The notes under the pieces are model-generated. The model had not been told where the DNA came from. It saw only the letters and a list, made by a program, of their open reading frames with translations, and searched no databases. The translations under genes and the position numbers were made by a program. Source: Orbicella franksi (Eukaryota). From it: 64,000 nt of DNA. Every line of letters begins with the position of its first letter. The first letter of the stretch is position 1. Location: positions 8,556,001 to 8,620,000 of the forward strand of contig OZ116709.1 in the NCBI GenBank assembly GCA_964199315.1, written 5' to 3'. Below, piece after piece: positions 46,101 through 60,600 of the stretch.

Positions 46101-49100
46101 TTTTGAAACTTTATTAGATATAATTCTTAAGAAAAATGAAAACTAATGCTTTAAGAAATTTGGTAAAAGTCTTACAATTAGCCTCAACTATATAGAGATC
46201 GAGATTGCCAGTCTCCGACGAAAAAAAAAAAAAACTAAAAAATTTGGCTTATAAAATTTCTGAAAGTAGTTCAATTTTGTTATGAAACCCGTGAAAAATC
46301 TAGACAATTAGAATCACCTGGTTTCCTTAAATAAACTTGGATCACTAAATACCGTCTAGCTTCAATTTTGTTTCACGGGTTTTGTTTTCTGTAGCCGGTT
46401 TCTACCCTAAACGAAATCATGTCAAAGCTAAAAAAATCTCTTTCACTTCAAAAAAACTCTTTGCGGGAAGGTGCACTATAAACATTGCTAGTAAATCTCA
46501 GCAGAGAGTCTTCTAATTTTTGTAAGTTTGAAATTGCAAACACAAGCGTGGTCTTACGTTTTCACTCCACACGAAATCTTCTAACGAAATCGTCAAAGTA
46601 TTTGTACGAACATTCTACAACAAAACGTCTGTTGCTTTCGCAGGTTTCAATGACTTTATTTCAAGAAACGTAACAACAAAATTGAACATCATCTCAAAGA
46701 TTTTGTACGGAAAAAATACAATTTCTGACTCACAAATCGTCCGTTAAACAGTTCTGTTGACATCGTGACAAGCAAGAACAGGATTCACAAATTTGCATTT
46801 GTCTCATAGCAAACAATGTTTACATTTCCCTCTGGACTAATTCTTTTGTGATACAAGATGAACACGCGAAAAATTTCCTTGTGAATATAAATACCGATGG
46901 AATAATTAAAATGGTTGTTTTTGAACGTTATTCAGAATTAACCCTTACAAACTTGAAATATTAATTCTCGTTCTTGATTGCCATATGTGAATTTCGTTCG
47001 TAGTTCTGAGAATTTGCTGGAAAATCAAGACAATGTCCTCGAATAGTAGTTGATTATTTTAAGTATCTTGATTGGTAAGAGAGAAATTAGACTTTGATGA
47101 GAAAACGGTACAAACATAGTGCCAAATTACAGTGATTGGATGAGAATATGATGTCCAATAAAATTCGTAAGTCTCCATTTTAAAAATATGTACGCCTAGT
47201 AATTCAAGATACTCAACAAAAAGATCTCCTGATAAAATTTTAATAGTTTAGATTGAAATTGAGCTTTCGTGTTTTAGTTTCTAATGACATTGCTTGAAAT
47301 ACTGCACGAGTCCAAATTCGGCGAAAACATTTTCAGAGTAAAATGAAACTGTGTGCTTCCATCACTGAAATTTAATTGGTATCATATGTCTTGAACTTTA
47401 ATTATATTTGCACATTGTGCATATTCGGGAATCAAAGACTTTTGAAATTATTTGACGCAAAACTGAACACTGTTATGATTTTTGTGTCATAATTGCACCC
47501 TTTGAAAGGGAATTTTGAAATATCACTAATTTTCTGAAAAGAGAAATCGCCTTGTCCGAAAAAGAATTATGTAAGAAATTGATCGCGTATGATTTCAAAA
47601 CTGGAAACAACTGGAAACAAATAAAAAATGAAAAAACAAAACAAAAAAACATCGTCTGGCGAATAAATTTAAAGAAAAACACGACACCCTTAAATGAATG
47701 AATCGAAAGTACAGATTGTAGATGTTAAACTTCCAATCATTTTCATCAAGGGAAAAAACATGTTTTGCTGGCTTGCACGTCCTGTCCGCTCAACCATTTT
47801 AGTTTGGGAATACAGAAATAAAATTGAAATAAAATTGAAGTTAATCTTTGCTTGCCTTTCTCTTTATGAAGAGGATTATTCTGCGCCCTAACATTGTCAA
47901 AGCTGAATGTTTTTTCCGAGCGTAATTCCTATGTTTATAGTGCACCTTCAAAAATTCCGAATTCGTCTTTTAAAGCTATTTATTCTACCTTTACAAGGAA
48001 TAAGTTTGATTTCGATCCTTTTGCTTGTCCTCGTGGCTCGCCAGAAGGATGATGAGTTGACCAAGGCATTAGTCCTGAGAAAGGAAAAAATTAACTGATT
48101 AGATAATAGCATTGGGCAATGTATGAAGTTGTTCTTCTAAAAAATGCGGCGTCTCTATATTTTCCTCTTGACTCTGAAGATGACTGTATTTGTTTTGAAG
48201 AAGAAACTGTTCATGGATCGAGAATCCCTATAATCGCTAATTCAACTGCCATTTTCGGAAAATCCTCGTAAATAAATTGAAGTAGTTTTTGATGAACATT
48301 GCTCGATCAGAAATCGCAGATATAGAAGGTACAAAACAATTCTTTCCCATGTAGTTCCGGGGCCTTTTAATGTCGAGGCAGTGAAAGAAAGGTTCATGCA
48401 AGATCAAAACGGCCATTTTGGAGTTCTTCTCATAAATCTTGTCTCAAAACAAAACAAACTCTTCTGAAATAAAAAGTTGATCTTACGGTAGATACAGGAA
48501 TAAACATTAGAACTGAACACTGCTTCTCGCTCACCTTTTACGGAAGCCTTCTTGAGCTTATACTCCTTGGTCCTTTTCTCCTTTAGGAATGATTCTAATG
48601 AAGAAATCAATTAAAACACAGCCGTATTAGTTTACCGTTAATCTAACAAGCATAATAACATTACTAAAACATCTATGACGAGGCTAAAATTTGAGTTCCT
48701 AGGACTTTAAAATAAACCACCAAATCTGTACTAATATGTGAATCACTGAGTGTTACTGGGGTGGAAAGCATTCTTATGTCATTTCAAGAACTTATTTCCA
48801 CAGCACCTCTCCCTAGGTCACTGATTCCAACAGGCAAAGATATTTTGGCAGCACCGTTTGAAATGATTCAATGAAATACTTTTTACCATAAGCTACATTG
48901 GGATGAAAATTCAACAACAGGATTATGGCCGGGAAAACGATTGTGCACAACGATTGTGCACAACACAGCACTCGTCATTTCTGCTCGATTCCGTCTCGAA
49001 ATTTAGCGCAAATCAAGTATCAGAAGATTCTTGTCTTAGGGAACACGACAAGTTTTTACGAACGAACTACCTTCCACAACATTACAATATTGACAATTAC

Positions 49101-50699
49101 CTTCGCAAGCAGTAGAGAATTCACAACATCCGCCATCATGGTTTGTGGACCGAGTCAACACTGCTGCAAATTCCTCTTCAAAGCAAAGCTTATGGACGAG
49201 TTGCCGCTGCGAGTTTCGCGGCAGACTTCACGGAAACGATGGTGTTCTTTCCTAACCTTAACCCTAACAGAAAGACCTTAAACTTGGAAAGAAAATAGAA
49301 AAACGTTCCCGTTGTATCAAACGTTTAACACGCTTCTTCATCTTTCAGCACGTGTAGGTGATGGTAAAACATGAATAATGAGGTGGGAAAATTTGCAATT
49401 CAGATCAAAAAACCGTGACCAATGGCTTAACTTCTCTCAAATAACCAGTGAACGACTGTGGGTAAACTGTTTTTTTTTCCTTAAATCATGACACAGCACC
49501 GCCAGTTCTCGTGAACCAGCAACAAAACGGCCTTGCGGGACAATTTACAAAGAATCTAATAGTGAAAGATCTAAGTTCTCCCATTTTGTTTAAAGAAAGG
49601 CGACGCCCAAAATGAAGATAACGAAGCTGAAGGTCAATTTTATGATAGAGTTTAATTTCAAATAACGTCTTCTCATTTTTGAAATTACGGACCCGTCTTT
49701 GAAGCTACAGGCAGAAGTCTTTAAAATATTGTTCCTTTGATTTCGGTGATTGCTCAACAGTGCCCAGTTCCCTCTCCAAACACACCTTACGGTAGTTGTA
49801 TTTAATGATGCAACTACCATGATTCCCTCCCTGCGGGTGCGTCTAAGAGAGAGAACTGGGCATTGTAAAAAAAATAGCTGATTCTTTATTAGGAACTTCA
49901 GGTAATTCAATGGTTCATAAAATCTTGTCTTAATGATGCAGCCAATAAAACCATTATCGGTGTAGCAAAACGCGTTTCATCAGACCCAGTCACGAAAGAG
50001 CATAGAGCACCCACAGCTGAAAACAAAAAGATGTAAAATCGGTGGGAAAGACATACGGTTTTTAAGCAAGTGTTAAATGGGCTGGGAATAAATTCAAAAT
50101 TAAGCAGAACTGACACTCACCATGTGTTGTTATGTTGTTACTATATTCAGTCGTTAAGGTCTTGTTCTTGTCAACAAGGACACTCAACCGACCGTGTATT
50201 AACTTAAAAAACAGCTCCAAATAAATAACTGGACTTTTAATGTTACAAACATGCAACACTTTGTTTGAGATTTTTCTAAACATTTTCAGTTACTCTGTCT
50301 ACAGCTTTGTTGACACGCATACAGTTCAGGCATTTAACTAACTCAATTTAACTGACTCAATTTTCTTTATATCTATTTCAATAAAAATATGTAAATACGA
50401 GACCACAAATAGGTCTTACTTTTCCTTTGCTTCGCGGATTATTGCATGAGAGCGCGGAAACTCGACGCGACTCGCTCCAGCTTCCACCGGCCATTTGTTT
50501 CCCTCTCTTCACGAGGAAAAGAATTGTTCAGTCTTAGTAAATATCGATTGAGCCTCCAAATAGTATATATGCTGCATTCTACTTCAGTGGACGAAAAGAT
50601 ATTCTATGAATGTGCCATTGAAAATACCTCTATTATAATATACTTTTAAAAATCGATTCTACCTTTTGATACTAAGAAAATTGAGAATAAAACAAAGCG

Positions 50700-51010
50700 G
50701 TAAATAAAATTCTTTACGATATAGATAGGACCCTGCGCGCACTCTGATTGGTCAAAACCCATGTTTTATCAGAGTATAAAACATAGAAAAAGCGTGTTTT
50801 ATTGTTTTTCGTCACATTACCTCTATATCATAAGGTAAATGAAGAAGCCTAAGCCGTGTGTTACACTGTGATAAAACACTTCGGACATTTGAGAACACTC
50901 GAGAATTGTAGAAAACACTCGCCTGCGGTTCGTGTTTTCTACATTTCCCTCGTGTTCTCACATGCCCGTTGTGTTTTATCACAGTGTAATACACGGCTTA
51001 GGCTTCTTTA
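50700..51010. mobile_element. Palindromic MITE-like repeat
   Basis: 39-bp inverted repeat 50841-50879 / 50971-51009 with 2 mismatches. Confidence 0.7.
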
Positions 51011-51114
51011 TTTGTTAAATAAAATACTTGTTTCTAAAAATTTTGTTCTTATCTACATGAGAATTACAAGCTCGGTCCTTGAATTTCCAAGTTAACCCTT
51101 ACTACGGTACACGA

Positions 51115-51330
51115 TTGGCTTAAAAAAACTTGCGCCAATTTTTTATCCAATCAGAAGTAAAACTAAAACCAATCGTGATTCGTTCGCACACGTTTTCCCG
51201 CGCTTTGCGTCAGCTACGTGTAATTACTTCGAGTTTTGATTGGTTCACTGTATTGTTTATGTCCTTTGTGATTGGCTAGAGCGATTTCTTAGGTTTTGGT
51301 TTTACGACACTCAATTGAAAACCGCTCTAT
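51115..51330. mobile_element. Interspersed CCAAT-rich repeat ending ...caattgaaaaccgctcta
   Basis: Multiple ccaatc/gattgg motifs. Recognised as a common anthozoan interspersed repeat type. Confidence 0.55.
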
Positions 51331-51629
51331 TAAAGAAAATAAACAACAATTTGTAAGGAAAGTTGATGTTGAGTTCAGAAGTGTTAAATCAACTACAGAT
51401 GTCGTCAGATAAGATTATATTCCACGGGAGAGAAATGCTTCATGCGCTGGTACACCTACAGTATTATTTCTGTTATTGTAAAAAATTTATTTCGTTTTTG
51501 TTGTCTGTGGGCATCAGCGAAAGATAAGAGAACTAACGTTAGACATCAATTTCGACCACAAACTGCTTGTTCATGGCATCTCCATTAGGAGCTCCAGTCT
51601 ATCCAGGTGTACTTGTGAAGATGGAATTG

Positions 51630-54600
51630 TCAATAGTATTCTAGATTATTAGCCTGTCCGTTAATGGTTGTCGTCTGTGTAGAGCAAATGTCCCTTCTGC
51701 AAAACAATTGAGTTGAACACGGTTAATACTGGCATGAAAGGGCTTTTCAAGGACTTTCAAGCGCCTCTACATTTTCAAAGGAAAACGTAACTTAATAGAA
51801 TTTAATTTATAGACTTTTCTATGCCTGTTCAAACCGTACAAAACAAAGTCACCTTTCCTAAACAGAAGAACAAAATATTTAGAAACTCGAGGTTACTATA
51901 AACGGTAAAGGAAGGGAGGGGGGGGGGGGGGGTGGAGGGAGGGAGAGGAAGGAAAAAAAAAAAAAATAAGAACTCAACTTTCGACCTGGTCTCCTATAAG
52001 AAGAGAACTATCTCTTTTGTCGTAATAAACAAGAAAACAAGATCCTTCCCTTTTAAGCCTGAATATGTTTTAAGCTTGCTTTGCAACTGATCAAGTTGCT
52101 GTAATGGTGCGAAGATGCTTGTATTCCGTCAACAGAGTTGCTGGCTTGTAAAATCACTCACAAACATCATCTCGTTATCTTTCAACCCCTTGATAATTTC
52201 ACGTATTTCAATGACTTGATCACTTACCTCTTCCTCTGGATCGTTCACATACTGATATTTTTTCGTTCTGTAATATGACTTGCGTTTAACGATGTACAAA
52301 ACAACTACGTCACACAACACTGTTGCCTGCAAAGGGAAGAGAAGTATACTTGTCACACAACACTGTCACACAATACTACTAGACTGTTGACAGCCCCCTA
52401 TTTTCTCGTATGTTTATTCGATCGTTCAACGCGCGGATAGAATCGCGAGAGGATTGGACGCGAGCGCAAAACGGGAGACTTGACAGGGTAGGGGGTGGGG
52501 ACCGAGAGAAATTCTTCGTATGGCTCTCTTCGCTCGCCTTTCCGCCCCTACCTTGACTTATTTTTACTACTTTGATGTTTTTCTACCTTACAAAAAATAT
52601 ATTTTGAGGTTTGCTTCAATTTGAAGGCAATTTTGTTCACCAGAGAAAATGCCTTAAAATATCGCGACGGCAATTTTGTGAGAAAAAAACTCTTAAAAAC
52701 ACTTAACATTTCACAGTTTTTATTAAACTGATAGGTTAAGAACGATGTGTCTTTCACGTAAGGTACTACGCTTTCAACTGTGGTTTATTATTTTTCTCCT
52801 CCCAGACAATAAACCACTCCATTTCATTAACCTTTTCCATTCCAAGCTCAAACCTTCAATTCTCCTTACTGACCGCAACATAACGCTTTAACGTCACTAC
52901 TGAGAATTTGATGTTAGATGTAGATAATTTCACGAGTGGAATATTTTCTACACTCTCGTCGCTGTTCCTCTTCACCATGCAATGAAATTGAAAAAATACA
53001 GGATAATTACTGTGTTAACCCAAAGTGTCAACTTACAATTCCAAGAAGAGCAAGACCCGAACCTAAATTGAGAAATAGAGGGACGACGCTGAATTTTCCA
53101 CCCTGAAAGAAACGTAAACAACGACTTAAATAAACACAAGCAGCAATAAGAAAGGGTCCACTGTAGTGGCTTCTTAAGCATGTTGGTAAGGCTTGGTTAA
53201 CATTAGGGACATAACGAGAAAACGACATAATCACTTATGTCGGTAAAGTGAACATCGACGTAAAGATCAGTTTTTTTCCTTATGTCTTTATGTTCATGCC
53301 ATCATGTTGCTTTTAAGTCACTACCGTAAATCCTCGAATTAGCGCCCCCCCTCGAATAAGCGCCCCCAACCCCCCAGTTTGTGGGCGTTTAATGAGACAA
53401 CAAAGGATGTATCGTTTTTGTCATGTAGTACTTAGATGTTAAGTGAATAAGTTGAACACTAACGGTGCCGCGATTTAAACTTTACGATCAGCTTTTTATG
53501 TCAATAAACAGCTTATGTTGTTGTTGACGCGCAGATGATGTATTTAAAAAAAAAAAAAGATCATGATCCCACGATTTGGGAAAAATTAAATAAGCGTCCC
53601 CCTCGAATAAGCGCCCCCGTCTTCTCCTAAATTTGAAATAAGCGCCCCGGGCGCTAATTCGAGGATTTACGGTATACCAGGATGTTCACACTGCAAACAT
53701 AACGACATAACATCCTTATGTCGTTATGTTTATGTCGAGATGTCGATATGTCGCTGGTGTGAACTAGGCTTAACATACCTGACCATATACTAACACCACG
53801 TAGCGAATACCATAAGCTTTGAATAAGGTTCTGTGTATTTTTCCATCCTTCTCATAAAACCTGGCAAATCTGTATTAAACAAAGAAACTTTATTACTTTG
53901 CAAATATCACTGGGTAAGTGTTGGCAAGTAGGTGGGGGGGGGGGGGGGGAAGAGGGGGCGGGGGGCAGTGGGAGATTTCAGATGGACCAAAGAGGTGGAC
54001 ATGGGTGCAAGACGGGGGTATGGTACCCACATAAGAGATACTAGTACTTTAATCAAAACCAGACCAGATGCCAAACAGGATCAAAATAAATCAAGCAACT
54101 TAGTTTTCCTACGTTTTGCATCTGTTACAAGTTTTCCCATACTTGGCAAATATGGTTACACCTTTTCCAATGCTTTGCACCAGAAAATGTTTTCCAAAAC
54201 TTAGCAACAGTTGCATACATGTATTCCCACTACAGGATTTTTTTGTCAGTTCTGACTGAGTCATGAGGTAGGCATTTTTTCTGATACCCAGACATGATTA
54301 TATTGAAAGTCACTAAAAATTCTGAAATAACAGTAACTGGGGATACCAAGGTTAAACTATCACACAAGGTCAGCCAATTTCTGACTAATATCTTAATAAA
54401 GTTACCTGAAATTATATCCTGGTGCAATTGGAGATTCAGCATCATCTAGTCTGAAAAGAAGTCAGGAGAAAATTATCTCAGAATAAGAAACAAAACATTT
54501 GACAGTTGAACAATTCACTTTTGAAGGACAGTTAACCACTAGTCTAATAATACTGTAAATTGTTGTGACAAATCCGAGAGAAATTGTCTACACCTGGATC

Positions 54601-57600
54601 TACACCTGGACTTCTGCTAACAAACATCTCCTGATAGTGGACATCAGTGATTTATCTTCTGACTAACAAACATTTTACAAACTCTCATGAATGGAAATGG
54701 ATGCCCATTTTGCAGAATGGCTGGTAAGACTAGTCTCCTGTTCAGGGAGAGGTTAGAAGATCAATATTGACTGCATTTATTTACCTCCTGAAGGAATACT
54801 TGGGCTGACAAGAATGAGTTAAAGGATCAAAATCACAGTCCCAGTTGATAATGATGGCCATTACACCACCCTGCCAGAGAGAACAAAATCAAAAATAAAG
54901 CACACACATCACTCAAACAAATCATCCTTATGCAAAAAAGGTATGTAATGCTTTCTCGTGTTACACCTTGGGATATCTACAGGTACAATACAAACTCACA
55001 ACCTGACCAGCCCCCAGTTGGCTTGATAGCTCAGTTGGTAGAGCACTGAAGTGGTATCATAGACATCACGGGTGTGAATCCCTTTCAAGCCAGAATTTTT
55101 TGGGGGCTGTAATTTCACAACTGTGATGATCAATCATGTCTTCATATCTTTCTTGGCAGTTCAAATATATGATCTTTCAAGTATTCACTGATAAAAATCC
55201 AATATCATGATTAGTTAGGTTTTGAAGTTCAGAATTTGTGTGTTACTGAAAGGCTCAGTAACCCAAAAAATCCTGTTTGTGTTGTTAAATATGCGATGAT
55301 TTTTTAATCAACTCTTAGCAACCTACTGGTTATTAAGATTCACATGTCCTCATGGAAAAGCAATTAGCCCGTACTATAGGCCTGCAAAACACGCAAAGGG
55401 CTAAAACAAATTCCTTGCGCCATCTGCATGAATAGCACGCTTATGATTGCTTGGTAATAGAAGAGGGTATTTTTACCTTAAAAGCTAGTTTATTATAATC
55501 TTGTCCTGCTTGTTTTACAATGGTTCCCAGTTTGATAATGGGACAGAGAGGGTCTTTGTCTGGGTCATAAACACAGGTCTTCAGATCAGATTGAATGTTT
55601 CGTCTATAGGAAAAAGAACAAATTCAATATTTAACAATACATAATCAGGTAAAATGCTACAGGTGTACTTCATGTATGCAGTGATAAATCCAGTCAAGCT
55701 CCAAAGGGTGGGGCTGGGTTGTGTGTGTGTGAGGGTGGAGGTGAACTAGAATGAAGGTTTAAAATGGGAAGGTGGGGGTAGGAAATGGTCTTTCAGCAGA
55801 AATTCTTTTGAGAAAAAGAAAGGGGTACTTAGGGGGAATTCCCTTAGAGTCACTACTGGTATGATATAAATAGGTAAGTATTACCATCACTTCATTCTGC
55901 TAAGCTATAAGGACTCAAAAAGGGGGGAAACTGAGATGGGAAAGATGATGGACATTATATATTAAGCATCAGGAGTGTGGATTAGAGGTGTCCTTCTCCT
56001 TGCACACATTATCAGTTATAATATTCCATTACCAATTAAAATGCAAAGCATTACGATTTACAGAGGAGATATGTTGCTGCTCTTGCCATTATTGCTTAAT
56101 ATATCAATTTTAGCACTTGGTGCTCTAAAACTGAAAATGGAACACAAAGAGAAGTTCTGGGAACAAGAGCCACAATTGGGGCTCATGACCATATAACTTT
56201 TTCAAATTCTTCCAAACTTCCACATTCAAGTTTGTATTAAGTCAATAGAAACACAGAGAAAGTGCTTTTGACTTCTTTTAGAGAGCACTACGGGACAAAG
56301 AAAAGAAAATCATTCAAACTACTCACTTTACTCACACCATCATTACATTTAAAGCTCTGCTGATTCTGTGTTTCTGTCTAGTTAAAGAGGTGAGGATTTG
56401 TTGTGATGTATTTTAATGATGAATATTCCATAACAATTTATTCCTTAGGGAACTAAGATAGTGCTTTATGCATACTTACCCAGACTCTTTAAACTTTGGA
56501 AACTGAACATTGTTCTTTATTAATACTGTAAAGTTCTCAGTTTCTAAAAGCGGAACACCATGGCTGGAAGGAAAATTATAATGTAGATAATTAGATGCAC
56601 TCTATTATAGAAAGAAAACAATATAGTAAGTATTACAATCCATCAAATACTTTTTTGCCCTCACATGATTGGTCTAAACTATCATATGACTAAGTATGCC
56701 TCAGCTATATAAAACCAGGGAATATCCAAGTGATATTCCCCAATCTTCAAAACTGCGTGTGCTGAGGAAAACATCTGAAGGACGATAAAAACACAACGGT
56801 CTCCATTTGACTAAAGTCTATTTATCACACAGTGTATCACTGTAAGGCTCTGCTCAAGTGTGGGTGTGTACAGGATGACATGTAAAATCTGAGAGTAGCT
56901 GAGATGCCATGATCCTTCTTTGAAAATTCAAGACTAAGAAGTCAGAGATTGTAAACAGGAACAACCATTTGGTGTGACTCATCAACAAAGGCTTCAATCT
57001 GAGATTTTCTGTTAACAAAGTCACCCCTTCCATCTATAAGAAGTTTCTTACAAACGTTTTGGAATGGAGTTGTGAAAATGTTCCTCAACCCTTACCTCTC
57101 TGGAAACGGATGCAAGCTTAACTTTAATATTTAAGCTTGAAGAATGTCTAGTGCAAATCACTGCATAGATCGTATAAGAGTAGCTTGCCTGAGGTTAAAG
57201 TTGGGCATCGGTGTTATGTCAATTTCCACTGGACACCAGGCATAAATCTCACAAACTTTTTGATTAGGGTCATCTTGCGCTTTTGAAGTGTTGACACATT
57301 TTCCTGTCTTGATACCTAATGTCATAAATGAAAAAATTCTTGAGCCCTAACTTGATCACTCAATTAATACACATTGAGTGGTTCCAGAAAATGTCCCCAC
57401 CCTAGAAGGGTTTACTCCATATTCCAAGGGGGAGGTGGTCTCAAAAGCCAAAACTTTTAAACTCAAGTATGAGCCAAACTGGAATTTCCAGAAGGTTGGG
57501 AGGTTCAAACCAAAAATCCCCACAAAGGGAGGGGTATGGATATCTTCTGAAACAATTTGCACATTAAACTCTTACACGTGTATTAAATTTTATGTGAATG

Positions 57601-60600
57601 GGATCTATTAAATCGCTACTGGTTGACAACATGGGTTACCACTTCAATAACAGAAATTTTGAGTTGCTCCACAGACGTCTTTTGATCCTACCAAGGGCAT
57701 TGGGAAACATCTGGTTGATATACCTGACAAAATACTGGAAGAAATGTGTGATATATGGCAGATGGACTCGCCAATGTCCAATCCAGGGATGCAGAAATAC
57801 ATAGTGACCCTTCAAGTTACAGAAACTGTACAGGTACAGGATTAAAACTGAACTATGTAGTTCCAGTAAATATCCATACCCCCACCACGGAGGAAATTTC
57901 ACGTGAGAACCTTCGCCTCCCCGGAATTTCCACTTTCTCAACTCAAAAATAACCTCCCCACCCCTTCAGAATTAGGCTCAATTAAGGGAAAGGAGCCCAC
58001 ACTCCTCCCCAAAGCCATGGTTGGACACATCAGGATTCTTTTGTTAGTTTTGGCCAATCAGATACCTGCCGGCAGATTTTTGTCGGGCATAAATTATCTT
58101 GTCAGATCAATGGCAGACGATGTGGAATTAATCAATGTGCCATACAAGAGAACTTTAGAAACATTTACAGTAAGATTGAAAGTTCAAAATAATTAAAAAG
58201 GGAAGCCCTAAAAAACTTAATCAATGACCAAGATGTGTTCTGTATTCAGCCAACAGGGTTGGGAAAATTTGAATCATATGGTGCCAGAATGTCAGATAAC
58301 GAATAAAATCAACAAAGAGAAAGATAAACATATACATGATTGAGCTCAAGAGGCAAAAGTCAAATGGATGTCTTGTTGATGTAAAGTCTTGTGAAGGAAA
58401 GCGACACAGTCTGGTGACGCCTAACAAAAATAAATTTTCAAGGCCAACACAAACCAAAACTACCTGGCAAATTACAAGGTGTCAACTTAGCAGCAGAAAC
58501 CATGCAGACCTAGATATGACCTTTGACATGATGTTTGCTACAAAACAGTCAAAGGGCTCTGCTCTACATAAAAGGCAAACTTTTTCTTAGAACACAGCAT
58601 TAATGCCCTTCTGTGGCATTGATATCTAATAAAATAGGTTGAGATCAAATTTTTTTAAAAGTGGAAGGTGTCATGCTGGCCTGTCCAGGTTGTAATCAGA
58701 TGTCATTTCTGGAGACCAGGAGTGCCGCATGAATTAAATTATGAAGTTACATCACAGACATGCTTTGTTGCTCCCGCATCCAGCTGTCTCTGCATGGGGA
58801 GGAACGCTGACCAGACATGAGAGAACAGTGGAAATCTAGCCTACTTAGGAATTTCCAAGAGTATTATCAACACCCCCCATACCCTCTGGAAAATTTCATT
58901 TTGGCAAGAAAGTGTGTTAAAGTTAAAGTAAACACTCCAAATGCAAGGCTGTCAGAGTGCGTTGTACATCACTCCTGTCTACAGTATTCTCGATTGATTA
59001 GGGGGTGGCGAATGGTAAAATCCGAGACTTGCTGAGACGCCGAGACCGTTGTTTAAAAATTCAAGACCGAGACTTACACGATTTTGAAAAATCCGAGCCC
59101 AAGACTCAGTGCAGAGAAAACCGAGCCCGAGACCTTAACTATACAAAACTCCGAGCCTGAGACGTGAGATTCGTGCGCTCTTGGTTGCTTGAAACTGGAT
59201 CTCATTTAGGGAAGTAGTCAAACCTAATATACAATCAATAACTTGTAGTTTATTTGAACTACCAAAATAGCAGTCAGGGATAAACGCTAACTATTTAGTT
59301 ATGCATTAACATTTCGATCTTTTTACGGCCTATCATGACCCGACTTTCAACTACTTTCGAAGTCATGCGCTGTCATCAACTTCCAGTCAGCTAGCTTCAA
59401 AAATCACAAAGCTTCTCATCGGCGATCATCCGTTAGTCTCTTGAGCTTACTACGCAATCTAACTTCAGCTGCTAAATATTGTTTGACCTTCCGTACTGGT
59501 TGATATAACTCATTATGGACGAGGAGAGGGTGGAGAATAAGAAACAGCAAAAACGCAAATGTAAGTAAACTGTTAACTTTGTAATTATTCATACATGATT
59601 ATTCATGAAGATGCCAAGGCTTATTATTCTCGTGTCTTCAGAAAAAAAAGATGTATCTTGACTAACTTTTGCTATTCGTAAGCATCCACGAAATGGATAA
59701 AAACCTAGGCTCAATACTGGAAGACGTTTGACTAGTGTTTGTAAGCTTTTGTAGATGAGCAGGCAGCACCACTGAAAATAAGCAGATGGCTGCAAAAAAA
59801 CTGCATCGTTTGTTCAACTGACAGGTCTATGTGCTAAGGGAAGCTCACTGCATGTAAAATGTGGTATAAAAGTGAAGTCTTCACGTGTCAAGTGGCATAA
59901 CATGCAAGGACGAGGAGTTTGACACGTGTTAACCCCTACTGAGCATTTTGTAAAGTTCCCTGACAGTTGGCAGATACCCATTTATACTCCTGGGTAGAGA
60001 GAGGCACTGTGAAAGTGGTGATCTGCACCGTTTACAAGGTTCTTTATAATGGGCCAAATGAAACAATAAAAAAATTAACAACAGGTTAACAACACAAACA
60101 ATACCCCTTGCCCAAAGAACAAAAGAGTAGCAGATTAACAAGAATGAATCAAAATAGAGGTTCTAAAGAGGTGCAGGTCAACTGCTATGAAAGTAAAGAC
60201 TAGTGTTTAGCTTGCTCTAGAAGGTGACACCACACACGACTCACGAATGTGAAGTAACTTACCGCAAAGGACGAGGAGAGCAAAACGTTGGATTACCAAA
60301 CACATGGTAAGAACACTACATAATGTAAGTAAAGCAAATTAAAAATAAAATATTGTGTTTGTTTTGCGAAATGGTTTTCTACAATAGCTTAGAATACACC
60401 GTCTTAGACATGCCGGTATATTCTAGACTACAATCGCACGTCCTTAGGCTAACCACTTATAAAATCTAAATCAAGTTACTTGAATTCTTTGACTTAATTG
60501 GCTAAAAATACAGTCCACTGACCATGTTTTCGTGCGATTTCAGCATCAAAGCGTGTACATGGTTATTGTCAGCAGAAACCTGATCAAATGAGCATGTGCA

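Noticed and set aside
49251-49268. Telomere-like (TTAGGG) repeat
   Set aside because: Only three imperfect units; too short to indicate a fusion or healing site.
55027-55095. tRNA-like sequence
   Set aside because: Damaged B-box, no acceptor or anticodon stems, and a SINE-type tail; it is a SINE head.
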